IMG/VR virus record: IMGVR_UViG_3300025897_002116
Span: 1 to 64,000 of that record
Strand: one strand, 5' to 3'
Length of the DNA: 64,000 nt
From: a virus
This document shows positions 9,369 to 18,080 of the stretch, piece by piece. The position numbers and the translations under genes were made by a program. Positions within the stretch are counted from its first letter, which is position 1, and each line of letters opens with the position of its first letter. The notes under the pieces were generated by a model, which was not told the DNA's origin, ran no database searches, and was given only the letters and a program-made list of their open reading frames with translations.

Positions 9369-9890
9369 TCATAATACTGCATTACTATTAATCTGTCTAT
9401 CAAAGCAAAATGTCTCATAATCTTTCTCATTAACCTTATACCCCCAATGCAATAAAGATTGCTGTATCCTTGGAGATATATTCCAATTGCCTTCATTATG
9501 TATCTTTGTATATATTCCTGTTCTCCATCTACCGTTGCTACCGCAGAACTCCTGCCATCTCTGTATCTGTCTATTATCGTCTGAGTGCCTTCTTCCGTTA
9601 TGGTACTTTGTATACCACTCAAACCAACCATATGGATCATCCTTATGCATCCATTTCATATCCCTCCAATAAGCATAGTTCATTCCACTTCTTATCTTGA
9701 ACTTATTCATCTTAGGTTTGTATGTTTCTCCTAAGTATAAGCTTGTGTCTACGTTATCGTACGTTTCAAATAGAGTACTATACTCACAATCACCTTCTAG
9801 TTTTTCTATACCAAAATACGATCCTCCGAATATTCCTTCTCTAAGCATCTCACTTGGTGTCAATAAAGGGTTGAATTGTAATGTACTCAT
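9369..9890 (-). CDS. Conserved hypothetical protein (TP.EML..G.FGG.YF family)
   Basis: Motifs LTPSEMLREGIFGGSYF, DPYGWFEWY, DD.RQI.RW and QSLLHWG. Confidence 0.75.
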   Translation of the reverse strand: MSTLQFNPLLTPSEMLREGIFGGSYFGIEKLEGDCEYSTLFETYDNVDTSLYLGETYKPKMNKFKIRSGMNYAYWRDMKWMHKDDPYGWFEWYTKYHNGRRHSDDNRQIQRWQEFCGSNGRWRTGIYTKIHNEGNWNISPRIQQSLLHWGYKVNEKDYETFCFDRQINSNAVL

Positions 9891-9910
9891 ATGTAGTTTA
9901 TGTTAATTTC

Positions 9911-9960
9911 GCGCGTGTCAACTTCGTTGACGGGAGAACAAACGCCCCCGCCCCCTCATC
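9911..9960 (-). repeat. GC-rich hairpin element, copy 2
   Basis: Minus strand GAGGGGGCGGGGGCGTTTGTTCTCCC-GTCAAC-GAA-GTTGAC-ACGCGC. Confidence 0.8.
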
Positions 9961-9980
9961 CTTATCCTTCTACTTAAAAA

Positions 9981-10199
9981 TTAGCGCTGTACGTTGCTAA
10001 AATAAGTCTTCAATGTATCCAATCTATCATCTGCATCTGTTAGCATCATTAATGCATCTTCGGCATTTTTATAGAAATCATCTGTTGAATGATCTCCTAT
10101 GCCGGCCGGATGATTAGATAAAAGATTTAATGTTAGTAGGGCCTTTGCTTTATCTGCCTTTGCAGATGATTTTAACATAATGTATAGTTCTTCTTTCAT
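9981..10199 (-). CDS. Hypothetical protein
   Basis: 72-aa ORF with a PAGIGDH motif. Confidence 0.65.
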   Translation of the reverse strand: MKEELYIMLKSSAKADKAKALLTLNLLSNHPAGIGDHSTDDFYKNAEDALMMLTDADDRLDTLKTYFSNVQR

Positions 10200-10210
10200 A
10201 GTTCTGAGGT

Positions 10211-10369
10211 TTAGCTTTTAGAAATATATTTGTAGTATCTGTATATCTCATCTTTGGTACCCATAATTTCAATCACCTCTGGAATTCCTTTCTCCTCTAA
10301 TTCTCTGAGTAGATCTTTATCCGTAGCGTTCATAAAGTCAACTGTTACCTGCATGAATATTTGTTTCAT
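10211..10369 (-). CDS. Small hypothetical protein (52 aa, not in ORF track)
   Basis: MKQIFMQVTVDFMNATDKDLL...YISKS fills the gap between neighbours. Confidence 0.55.
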   Translation of the reverse strand: MKQIFMQVTVDFMNATDKDLLRELEEKGIPEVIEIMGTKDEIYRYYKYISKS

Positions 10370-10581
10370 TTTATCTTATATTTCTTCTTATATATATCAA
10401 TGAATGCTTTTCCTACACCTACATCCAATATCTCCATTCCGGCTGGTATCTTCTTTGATCTCTCTGCAAGTATAGGATCTACATATCTTAGGTCCGTAAA
10501 TACTTTAAGCCAAACTTTTCTACCGTTTGGTTTCTTGTATGTTACTGCTATCGGGATCTGTTCTTTTGGTATATATGTCAT
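10366..10581 (-). CDS. Hypothetical protein (start revised to 10581, MTYIPKE...)
   Basis: The upstream extension of the track ORF is the GC-rich repeat. Confidence 0.6.
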   Translation of the reverse strand: MTYIPKEQIPIAVTYKKPNGRKVWLKVFTDLRYVDPILAERSKKIPAGMEILDVGVGKAFIDIYKKKYKIK

Positions 10582-10586
10582 AATTC

Positions 10587-10634
10587 GCGCGTGACTCCTT
10601 CGGAGGAGAGAGGTTAAACGCACCCTCACCCCCT
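10587..10634 (-). repeat. GC-rich hairpin element, copy 3
   Basis: Minus strand AAGGGGGTGAGGGTGCGTTTAACCTCTCTC-CTCC-GAA-GGAG-TCACGCGC. Confidence 0.8.
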
Positions 10635-10642
10635 TAGTTTAA

Positions 10643-11149
10643 TTATTCAAATAAACTTAACTGTACTGTACGTATTTCAGGAACTATCTTATAAGCACTC
10701 AAAACCTTTCTAGTTGGTCTGAATGCTTCAATGCCCCAGTCAGCTAATTCTCCATCTATTACTGCTACTGCATGCTTTGCAACCGTCACTATATAGTTAC
10801 CTTTAGGATGAGATTGAACAAAGCTTTTTAAAGTCTTCTTTCTCCATACAAAATCACCGTTGAATTTATACCTATTCTTAGTCGACTTAGATCCTAATAC
10901 CTCAACTTTAGCTTTCTTATCACCAAGCAGTATTCCTTTTGATTCAGCTTCTTCGAATTTACTATTAATAACTTTTTCTAAAGTTCCTTTTTTATCCTTC
11001 CTAGCGAAGGTCTCTTTTGCAACTTTATGTGCTATTGTATAATCTACTTCTCCTGCTATCGCTAATGCTCTCACAAAGCAATCATTTTTCTCTTTTGCAG
11101 CAAGAGGTGAACTAAATTCCGAGTAATTTTTTTGAATGTCTAAATACAT
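10643..11149 (-). CDS. Hypothetical protein with papain/C39-like Cys-His motifs
   Basis: NDCFVRALAIA ... KHAVAVIDG. Confidence 0.55.
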   Translation of the reverse strand: MYLDIQKNYSEFSSPLAAKEKNDCFVRALAIAGEVDYTIAHKVAKETFARKDKKGTLEKVINSKFEEAESKGILLGDKKAKVEVLGSKSTKNRYKFNGDFVWRKKTLKSFVQSHPKGNYIVTVAKHAVAVIDGELADWGIEAFRPTRKVLSAYKIVPEIRTVQLSLFE

Positions 11150-11210
11150 AACCTTTTTTTTTATTTTAACTTATACCTAAATATACGAACTTTAATTGTA
11201 AAAAGCAACC
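11150..11210 (-). promoter_or_regulatory. Class I promoter/leader repeat
   Basis: ttaacttatacctaaatatacgaactttaa...aaaagcaacc. Confidence 0.85.
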
Positions 11211-11212
11211 TT

Positions 11213-11596
11213 TTAGGCTACTTTATTTTCTACAAAAACTTTGTCTGCCCAAGTCTTAGCATTCACAGCTGAGTATTGGTGCTGATCATATAGGTTCGTG
11301 TTAAAGAATAGTTGATTGACTTCTCCTACAGTCACCTGAGCCATGAGCTCTTTATCCATAAAAACTATGGTTTTTCCTTTACGAGCAAATACTGTTAACC
11401 AGAACTCTGAACCTTCGGCTCTGAATTGAATAGTTTGCAAAGCTCCTTTCTTCCAATTACTTAACTTTGGCATGATAGTACCAACTTCGTAAGCTTTCAT
11501 AAATCCAGCTTTTACTTTAACGATTGCTTGGTAAGTTCCTTTTTGACCTTTGATGTAGTCTACTATGTTGATCGATGTTGTATTTCTAATTTCCAT
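11213..11596 (-). CDS. Hypothetical early protein
   Basis: 127-aa ORF between two promoter repeats. Confidence 0.7.
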   Translation of the reverse strand: MEIRNTTSINIVDYIKGQKGTYQAIVKVKAGFMKAYEVGTIMPKLSNWKKGALQTIQFRAEGSEFWLTVFARKGKTIVFMDKELMAQVTVGEVNQLFFNTNLYDQHQYSAVNAKTWADKVFVENKVA

Positions 11597-11660
11597 AACC
11601 TTTATTTTTATCTTTTTAACTTATACCTAAATATACGAACTTTAAGCCGGAAAGGCAACT
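11597..11660 (-). promoter_or_regulatory. Class I promoter/leader repeat
   Basis: aacctttatttttatctttttaacttatacctaaatatacgaactttaagccggaaaggcaact. Confidence 0.9.
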
Positions 11661-11711
11661 TTTAACCAAAAAAAAACGGAAAGAATTCCGTTTAATTTTA
11701 AAAACAAGGGG

Positions 11712-11963
11712 CTATGAAATCCTAGTATTTATTTGTTCTTTCTTAATTTCCAATTGTATTACCAAGTCTTCATAAAAAAGACTAACAAGTTCATTTGTAA
11801 AAAAAGTATTACCTTTGGCAGTCAGCCAGGGAGGTGATAAATACATTCTTATAAAATTATTGGCAAGCTTCTGAGAGGTTCCAATTTGCTCTAAAGTTAA
11901 ACAGGAGTTTATTGCTCTCACTGTAAATTTGTAATTCTTAAGAATTTGTCTCTTTAGTTTCAT
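11712..11963 (-). CDS. Hypothetical protein
   Basis: 83-aa ORF. Confidence 0.55.
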   Translation of the reverse strand: MKLKRQILKNYKFTVRAINSCLTLEQIGTSQKLANNFIRMYLSPPWLTAKGNTFFTNELVSLFYEDLVIQLEIKKEQINTRIS

Positions 11964-11967
11964 AAGC

Positions 11968-12741
11968 TTATTTGATGATTAGGTCTTTAAAGTCATTAAC
12001 GAATACCTCTACATTACTAACTCTTACTCCTTTTACTTTATGAATATGTTTAATATTATCATACGTGGAATGAGTAGTTACTAATAGATCAGCTGATTTG
12101 CCGGACGCAGTTACCTTACTAGCAGCAATTCTAACTATATTGGATAGAGTATGATCAAATTTAACTCTAAGTTTAGTTCTATCACTTCTATTAAAATTAA
12201 TACCTTTAGTTAGAAGGTTATCTAATAAGTTAACTTTATCTAAAGAGTCTACTACAGTTCTTTGAGCCTCAATTAACTTAAATAGTTCCGTACGCTTAGT
12301 CTTAAACGTTTCAATAAACTTATTGTATTTAGTAGTACAATTATTTAAGTCTGTAAGGATATCCTCTTTGTATTCAACAGCAATATTGATATAATGATCA
12401 ATCACATTTCGTTTTTCTCTAAGAATTATGTCATTACTGATTTCATATCTTTGAGAACTCATTGATAACTCAATTGAATTATGTAATCGAAAATTATCAT
12501 CATTCCATGAGGTATAGGTATATAGCGACAGTATAGTTGAATTGTTTTTAAAATCATTTATTTCAACATATTCATTACCTATTCTAACTTTGAAGTTTTC
12601 AGAAAAGTCATCTTGAAAATAACGAGCTAGTATTTCTCTCTTTTCATTATCAGCTCTTTGAGTTAAAGAACTAATTCTGATATCCAATTCTGCTTTTTCT
12701 GTAGTTAGCTTATCTAACTGATCTCTATGTAAATTTTTCAT
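11968..12741 (-). CDS. Hypothetical coiled-coil early protein
   Basis: 257-aa ORF after a promoter repeat. Confidence 0.7.
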   Translation of the reverse strand: MKNLHRDQLDKLTTEKAELDIRISSLTQRADNEKREILARYFQDDFSENFKVRIGNEYVEINDFKNNSTILSLYTYTSWNDDNFRLHNSIELSMSSQRYEISNDIILREKRNVIDHYINIAVEYKEDILTDLNNCTTKYNKFIETFKTKRTELFKLIEAQRTVVDSLDKVNLLDNLLTKGINFNRSDRTKLRVKFDHTLSNIVRIAASKVTASGKSADLLVTTHSTYDNIKHIHKVKGVRVSNVEVFVNDFKDLIIK

Positions 12742-12805
12742 AACCTTTATTTTTATCTTTTTAACTTATACCTAAAGATACGAACTTTAAGCCGGAAAGG
12801 CAACT
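12742..12805 (-). promoter_or_regulatory. Class I promoter/leader repeat
   Basis: Identical to 11597-11660 except one base. Confidence 0.9.
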
Positions 12806-12825
12806 ATTATCTTAATATTATTTAG

Positions 12826-13188
12826 TTAAAGGCTATTTAATAGCCCTAATGATCCAGAGAAGTCTACTCCAGCTATTACAGATTCCGGAGAGTCAACTAC
12901 CTTAGTAACCATTTCTTTTAACTGTGTATGTATTTCTTCCTCCAGTTTTACTGCAGATCTCTGTTTACTTCTCTCCTGTTCAGTCCAGCCTTCACCACCT
13001 AGTCTGATAGAATCATGACTTGCAAAATCACATTCTCTGGTAAGTTCACCGCTCAGGGTATGACCTTCATAGTCAATTAGCATACTAAAAAAGTATCCTT
13101 CATTATGTACACTGTAGGCTTTGTACTCGTCTATGAGTAGATTCTTGGCTTTACTAAAATTCTTTTTTCTTAATGCTGTTTTTGTCAT
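12826..13188 (-). CDS. Hypothetical early protein
   Basis: 120-aa ORF after a promoter repeat. Confidence 0.7.
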   Translation of the reverse strand: MTKTALRKKNFSKAKNLLIDEYKAYSVHNEGYFFSMLIDYEGHTLSGELTRECDFASHDSIRLGGEGWTEQERSKQRSAVKLEEEIHTQLKEMVTKVVDSPESVIAGVDFSGSLGLLNSL

Positions 13189-13252
13189 AACCTTTATTTA
13201 TATCTTTTTAACTTATACCTAAATATACGAACTTTAAACCAGAAAAGCAACT
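13189..13252 (-). promoter_or_regulatory. Class I promoter/leader repeat
   Basis: Near-identical 64-bp copy. Confidence 0.9.
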
Positions 13253-13464
13253 GCTTTTGTGACGTATTTTACCTACTATTAAACCACCAAATGAGTGTAT
13301 GTACGATTATTGCCACTAGTAACCACCATTGTATTCTTCTTGATTCACGTTTCTGAGAGTTCATTTTTTGTATTTATCTTTAAGGAAGCTAATCATAGAC
13401 ATACAGTATAATACGAATATTAATGTTGCAATATCTATTATTAATCTAAATTCATCCATATTGA

Positions 13465-13689
13465 TTATACGTTTTCTTTTCTTTTATTATCCTGAACAAC
13501 AAAGTAGTAAGAGAACCCTATAAGGGCTATTGATAGAATTAAAAGTGTAGTAATTGGATTCATCATCATTACATATAAGACTAAGAAAAAAGCCTTGATT
13601 GACTGTATCAACAAAAATACTGCGCATATTGTAGCCCCTATGGCTGCAAGTATGGTGAGGAATCTAAATATTAAATCTTCTATTTTCAT
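13465..13689 (-). CDS. Small two-TM membrane protein
   Basis: Two long hydrophobic segments and a basic C-terminus. Confidence 0.65.
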   Translation of the reverse strand: MKIEDLIFRFLTILAAIGATICAVFLLIQSIKAFFLVLYVMMMNPITTLLILSIALIGFSYYFVVQDNKRKENV

Positions 13690-13753
13690 AACCTTTATTT
13701 ATATCTTTTTAACTTATACCTAAAGATACGAACTTTATCTTAAAAAGGCAACT
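13690..13753 (-). promoter_or_regulatory. Class I promoter/leader repeat
   Basis: Near-identical 64-bp copy. Confidence 0.9.
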
Positions 13754-13881
13754 TTCTTACGTTTTATTTTTAATGCCCTAAATGCATTTCTATCTCCCAC
13801 ATCTCCATTTCTTCAATTTCTTTTGAGGTGAAGTTTGTATTAGCTAGCATTAATTCTTTTAGGTATTCCATAACTATTATT

Positions 13882-14106
13882 TTATTTTTTTATAGGTTGA
13901 TGACCCTCAAGCATTAGATTCCAATACTTCCTTAATTTAGAGGGCAGTGACGAATTGGGAGGAGATTTTAGTTTTGCTAATTCACTACATAACCATCCGT
14001 AGTCTGGATGTTTGTTCGTAGCTAATAACGTAAATGAGATTGCATCGGCCAATTTTCTTGTTTCTTTATCAATTCTTTTCATTATGTATTTTTTTATTAA
14101 TACCAC
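13882..14106 (-). CDS. Hypothetical protein (probably starts at the internal MKRIDK)
   Basis: ORF track; overlaps the small ORF 14069-14185. Confidence 0.5.
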   Translation of the reverse strand: MVLIKKYIMKRIDKETRKLADAISFTLLATNKHPDYGWLCSELAKLKSPPNSSLPSKLRKYWNLMLEGHQPIKK

Positions 14107-14185
14107 TTGATATTACAGTTCCAACGGAATTTGCATGAACACTCAGTAAGTACATAGCTTTTTCTAATTCACTCATCTTTTTCAT
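14069..14185 (-). CDS. Small 38-aa early peptide
   Basis: MKKMSELEKAMYLLSVHANS... starts exactly at the AAAGGTTATG leader of a promoter repeat. Confidence 0.5.
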   Translation of the reverse strand: MKKMSELEKAMYLLSVHANSVGTVISSGINKKIHNEKN

Positions 14186-14249
14186 AACCTTTATTTTTAT
14201 CTTTTTAACTTATACCTAAATATACGAACTTAAAATCAGAAAGGCAACT
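14186..14249 (-). promoter_or_regulatory. Class I promoter/leader repeat
   Basis: Near-identical 64-bp copy. Confidence 0.9.
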
Positions 14250-14304
14250 GTTTTTCAATGTTTTTTTTGGGGATCTATGGGTTAACTCCGCTATAATGAT
14301 CTTA

Positions 14305-14430
14305 CTATCTTCTTGTTTCTCTCCATTTTTCCAATATGTTGGCAATTACTGCAAAAAAGATAGGTACAGGAAGTACTGCGCATATTCCTAAAAATGTAAT
14401 GATAACTATTTCTATTACAGTTGGACCCAT
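14305..14430 (-). CDS. Small single-TM peptide (41 aa)
   Basis: MGPTVIEIVIITFLGICAVLPVPIFFAVIANILEKWRETRR. Confidence 0.45.
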   Translation of the reverse strand: MGPTVIEIVIITFLGICAVLPVPIFFAVIANILEKWRETRR

Positions 14431-14691
14431 GGCGGTTACTAGTTTATATTATGTTACTGTAACCGGCTATACTCAAATAAGTATGTTTATATTGAGTTTT
14501 TTATACTAAGACTATACTTCTATGAACTTTTATATTAATGATAAATATTACTAGTTAACCATTATCTTGATTGTATTTGTAGATAAATTCATTAAAGTAG
14601 AGATTTAACTATTGTAATAAAGTTTCTATTTATTATCGGTAGAGAAGGTTATGGCAGAATGGTTTTTATTCACCTGTAACTATTTACCTGC

Positions 14692-15075
14692 ATGCCAAAA
14701 GTAGAATTATCAGCTTTTTATATAGAATTTATTGGATTTATACTTACCTTGATTGTAGGCTTAGCTATTAGAGATATGGCTATGTCTTTCGTACAAGGTA
14801 TGAAATTTAAAATGCATAAAGCTTTCAAGGAAGGAGATAGGGTCCTACTAGATGATGATCATGCATTAATTGTAAAAATAGGATTTACCGAAACAGTTTT
14901 TGGTATTTACGGAGAACAAGGATATACATGGAGATATATTCCAAATTCCAGAATAGCAGGATTGAAGTTAGAAAAAATTGTTGATCCGGACTTGCATCCT
15001 GATACGAGAGAAGAGCGTGCTCAAAAACTTCTAGATACTATTAACGTTGCTAAGAAAATAAGAACAAAATCTTAG
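14692..15075 (+). CDS. Minimal MscS-like (mechanosensitive channel) domain protein; the only clear plus-strand gene
   Basis: TM helix, then F.QG..F....FKEGDRVLL...IVKIG...T.F......IPNS; CTATTTAT at 14626-14633. Confidence 0.65.
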   Translation: MPKVELSAFYIEFIGFILTLIVGLAIRDMAMSFVQGMKFKMHKAFKEGDRVLLDDDHALIVKIGFTETVFGIYGEQGYTWRYIPNSRIAGLKLEKIVDPDLHPDTREERAQKLLDTINVAKKIRTKS

Positions 15076-15080
15076 CCCTC

Positions 15081-15500
15081 TTAATTTTTAAACATTTCTA
15101 AATACTGTGGATTTTTAGCTAAAATAGAAAAACTATTGGTTTTAGATAATCTTTTAAATTTTTGATTATTTAACAAACCTTTAAATTCTCCAAGGTTAGT
15201 AGTATCTAAGTTAGTATTTTCTATGAACTCAGTAAAATTTGCAGAGTGTATAAACTTATTAAAGTTCTCATCTTTTAGTAATTCCTGAAATTCATCATTT
15301 TGTAGAAGTATCTGTAGATCTTCACCTTCAAGCTCTACTTCGGTATCATCTTCAATTTTATATTTATTTGCTTTTTGAACTCCTTTTATTGCAGAACCCG
15401 TCATAGTATCTATTGGGAACCCTGTTGTGAGTTGTATAATGTATATAGCAACTGATATTGCTACTAAAGTAAGTGCTATTTTTATACTTGATTTTTTCAT
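15081..15500 (-). CDS. Hypothetical protein with N-terminal signal/TM
   Basis: Hydrophobic N-terminus and F..LL...F helical repeats. Confidence 0.6.
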   Translation of the reverse strand: MKKSSIKIALTLVAISVAIYIIQLTTGFPIDTMTGSAIKGVQKANKYKIEDDTEVELEGEDLQILLQNDEFQELLKDENFNKFIHSANFTEFIENTNLDTTNLGEFKGLLNNQKFKRLSKTNSFSILAKNPQYLEMFKN

Positions 15501-15529
15501 AATCTTATTGGTTTTGTTTTTTTAAGTTA

Positions 15530-16153
15530 TTATATTAAATTAGGTTTCTGTATGGTAAGAAGTTTATTAAAAGTTTTTTCATCATACCCATAAAAAGGAA
15601 GTGGCGTAATATCAGAATCTACTCCAGGATATTGTTTAAAGTATCTACTATTCAATTGGTCCTCTTTTAATATTCCTTTATTTTTAATACCACCGTACAT
15701 TAAATCTAATCCCTCTGGTAATCTATTTTCTTCAATGAAGTTCAATAGCTTTTTAGCTCCTTCGGGCCAAATTATATAAGCTAAAATAGAAAAAGTATCT
15801 GGTACTAACCAAAATGTATCTAAATCTGTTCTATCTAATATTTCTTCAAATGAAAAATCAATAGGCTTCATTAATTCGGCATCATCTTCTATAATAACAT
15901 AAGGAGCATTACTTGCAATACATTCTTCATAAAGTCTCATATGCATTCTATTTGCACATACAAGAGATGGTATATGAATCTGCAATGAATCATATTTATT
16001 TCCTTCAATCATTCTCGTATCTTCTTTGGTTAATTTATACTCTAACCCATCAACCGCATCTACAAATTCAAAATCGAAATAAGGACTAAATGTATTAGTA
16101 AATTTAGTTCTACGGTCTTGTCTTCTTTTTAACGAAATAACTTTGATGTTCAT
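15530..16153 (-). CDS. Glycosyltransferase family 25-like
   Basis: VISLKRRQDRR, FVDAVDG, IIEDDA. Confidence 0.8.
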   Translation of the reverse strand: MNIKVISLKRRQDRRTKFTNTFSPYFDFEFVDAVDGLEYKLTKEDTRMIEGNKYDSLQIHIPSLVCANRMHMRLYEECIASNAPYVIIEDDAELMKPIDFSFEEILDRTDLDTFWLVPDTFSILAYIIWPEGAKKLLNFIEENRLPEGLDLMYGGIKNKGILKEDQLNSRYFKQYPGVDSDITPLPFYGYDEKTFNKLLTIQKPNLI

Positions 16154-16163
16154 ATAATATAAT

Positions 16164-16922
16164 TTAAAGCATGTATCTATCTGATTCTCTGTTTAGGCTT
16201 TCAAAAATATATTTATCGAATTTTGAAAAACCAAAGTAATGTTTGTACTTATTAGATTTATAATCTTTTGTAAAATTATACTTAGTGTTATTTTTTTCAC
16301 AGATATTTGTAAAATAGTACTGACAAATTATAGTTGATACAATTATTCCTTGTGTTATTAGTTTCTCTGTCGGTTCTATGTTTGTTAAGTAATATTTTCT
16401 AACTTTATAATATGAATCAATAAAAAGATTCTTTATATCTTCTGTTTTAAACCTCAGTATGCCGACATTGAATACAAGTTTTGGATCAAATGAAAAGTCT
16501 GAAAACACCTCATCCATTTTATATTTTTTTAAAATATTCAATATATCTCTGTGGCATTGTTGTAGTCTTTCTTTTTGTTCAAATACAATATCAGATGTTT
16601 CATCAACTGAAAGTTTAGTGTGTAAAATTATATCCCCATCAAATGTAATACTTCCTGCTGGTTCCTGAGTATGTACGTAAATCTTTAGGTCATCTGTAAT
16701 CTCAAATTCAACATTTTCTACATTAACAAAGACATCGTAATAACCTTTTAAATAATTTAAAGAGTAATCACAACCATAGAATTTTATTTTATGGCCAAGT
16801 GATTTTGCTCGTTCCATTGATATTTTATATAACTTTAGAACATGGTCTGTTTCATTATCTTTGGTATATCTACCACCTTTATAATCTCCAATATGTGTTG
16901 AAAAACTAAAAATTAATGTCAT
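16164..16922 (-). CDS. GT-A-like protein (DUF6734-like)
   Basis: ITFDGDIIL and FNVGIL; resembles 18723-19643 and 26416-27522. Confidence 0.55.
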   Translation of the reverse strand: MTLIFSFSTHIGDYKGGRYTKDNETDHVLKLYKISMERAKSLGHKIKFYGCDYSLNYLKGYYDVFVNVENVEFEITDDLKIYVHTQEPAGSITFDGDIILHTKLSVDETSDIVFEQKERLQQCHRDILNILKKYKMDEVFSDFSFDPKLVFNVGILRFKTEDIKNLFIDSYYKVRKYYLTNIEPTEKLITQGIIVSTIICQYYFTNICEKNNTKYNFTKDYKSNKYKHYFGFSKFDKYIFESLNRESDRYML

Positions 16923-17497
16923 ATTAAACTATAGTTTTTATTTTCAATAAGATCGGTTACCCATTTAGAAACTTTTTGATGTCCCTCGAAACTCCAATGA
17001 CCTCCATCTTCTTCTTCCTGCATATCTATTTTGTTAAGAGCCCACCAATTATTATCAGATGGAAAGTAATAAGAATCTATTTCATTAGAGTTAAGATACT
17101 TTACTAAACAATTAAAAGTGGTTTGGTAATATCTCTTGAGAGGTTCTTCATATTCTGCTCTCATTGCATAATAATTATCACTATATCTTTCACGAATTTT
17201 AATATATGAAGATTTCGGCCAATTAGAATAGAAATCTGATTCTTCCCTAACAAATGATGACCTTGCTGAATGTGTATCAAATATAAAAAGATAATCTCCT
17301 TTTTTGACTTTATTTATATTTGTTAGTATACTAAATAATATATTTTCATTTGAGTAACCATATTGAGCCAAATTCTTTTCCTTACAATTTAAATGTTCGG
17401 TTACAATTTGTGACATTATTTTATCTTTATCATTGGTTCTATCTCTACAGCCCCAACCGTAGACAAAAGAATCTCCAAAAAACCAAGCAGTTTTCAT
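16919..17497 (-). CDS. SGNH/GDSL hydrolase-like (acyl-esterase/transferase)
   Basis: FFGDSFVYG, G.SN and DGGHWSFEGH blocks. Confidence 0.75.
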   Translation of the reverse strand: MKTAWFFGDSFVYGWGCRDRTNDKDKIMSQIVTEHLNCKEKNLAQYGYSNENILFSILTNINKVKKGDYLFIFDTHSARSSFVREESDFYSNWPKSSYIKIRERYSDNYYAMRAEYEEPLKRYYQTTFNCLVKYLNSNEIDSYYFPSDNNWWALNKIDMQEEEDGGHWSFEGHQKVSKWVTDLIENKNYSLI

Positions 17498-17498
17498 A

Positions 17499-18080
17499 TT
17501 AAATTAAATTTATTTTTTCTAGTTTTTTTTTAATCCAAGAGGAATCATCAAATGTTTTATCAGGATATCCAATTACCTCCTGTATCGCAGTAACTACACT
17601 AGGCCACTTTTTTTGATAATCGTGTCCGCCAATAGATCCACCTGGTTTTACTTTAGGGTAATACAATGTTAAATCTTGCTTTACTGATTCATATAAGTGA
17701 TTGGCATCTATGTAAATAAAATCTATACTATTATCTTCAAACGTATCAACAACATTATAACTATAATCTGATATTAAGGATATGTTATCGAAGTATCGTG
17801 TATTTATTTCGAATTGTTGTTTAACAAGTTCCCAAGAATAATCATGGTTCTCGTTAAATATCTCGTGCCCCTCATGTGGCTCTACTGTATAAATCTTATC
17901 AAATATTTGAGATGATGCAAATAACATCGTGGATTCTCCCATATAGGAACCTATCTCAATCATAGTAGTGTTCTTGCCTTTTAGAGTTTTAAGTTCCGTT
18001 AGCATATCCACAAACCCAAAAAACATATTATTTGTATTACCTTTGAACCAATGTGGTGTATGTAATCTTTGAGTATTCAT
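17499..18080 (-). CDS. Class I SAM methyltransferase (Methyltransf_24-like)
   Basis: IEIGSYMGES, IDFIYIDANHLYESVKQD, GGHDY. Confidence 0.85.
   Translation of the reverse strand: MNTQRLHTPHWFKGNTNNMFFGFVDMLTELKTLKGKNTTMIEIGSYMGESTMLFASSQIFDKIYTVEPHEGHEIFNENHDYSWELVKQQFEINTRYFDNISLISDYSYNVVDTFEDNSIDFIYIDANHLYESVKQDLTLYYPKVKPGGSIGGHDYQKKWPSVVTAIQEVIGYPDKTFDDSSWIKKKLEKINLI

Noticed and set aside
9281-10634. Rho-independent terminators or intramolecular G-quadruplexes
   Set aside because: The hairpins lack a consistent adjacent U-tract and each copy has only two G-runs. 7-deazaguanine DNA, if present, could not form G-quartets.
8234-14249. CRISPR array or integron attC cassettes
   Set aside because: Repeats are about 64 bp, non-palindromic, separated by whole genes and end at start codons. 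No cas operon or integrase is present, so promoters explain them.
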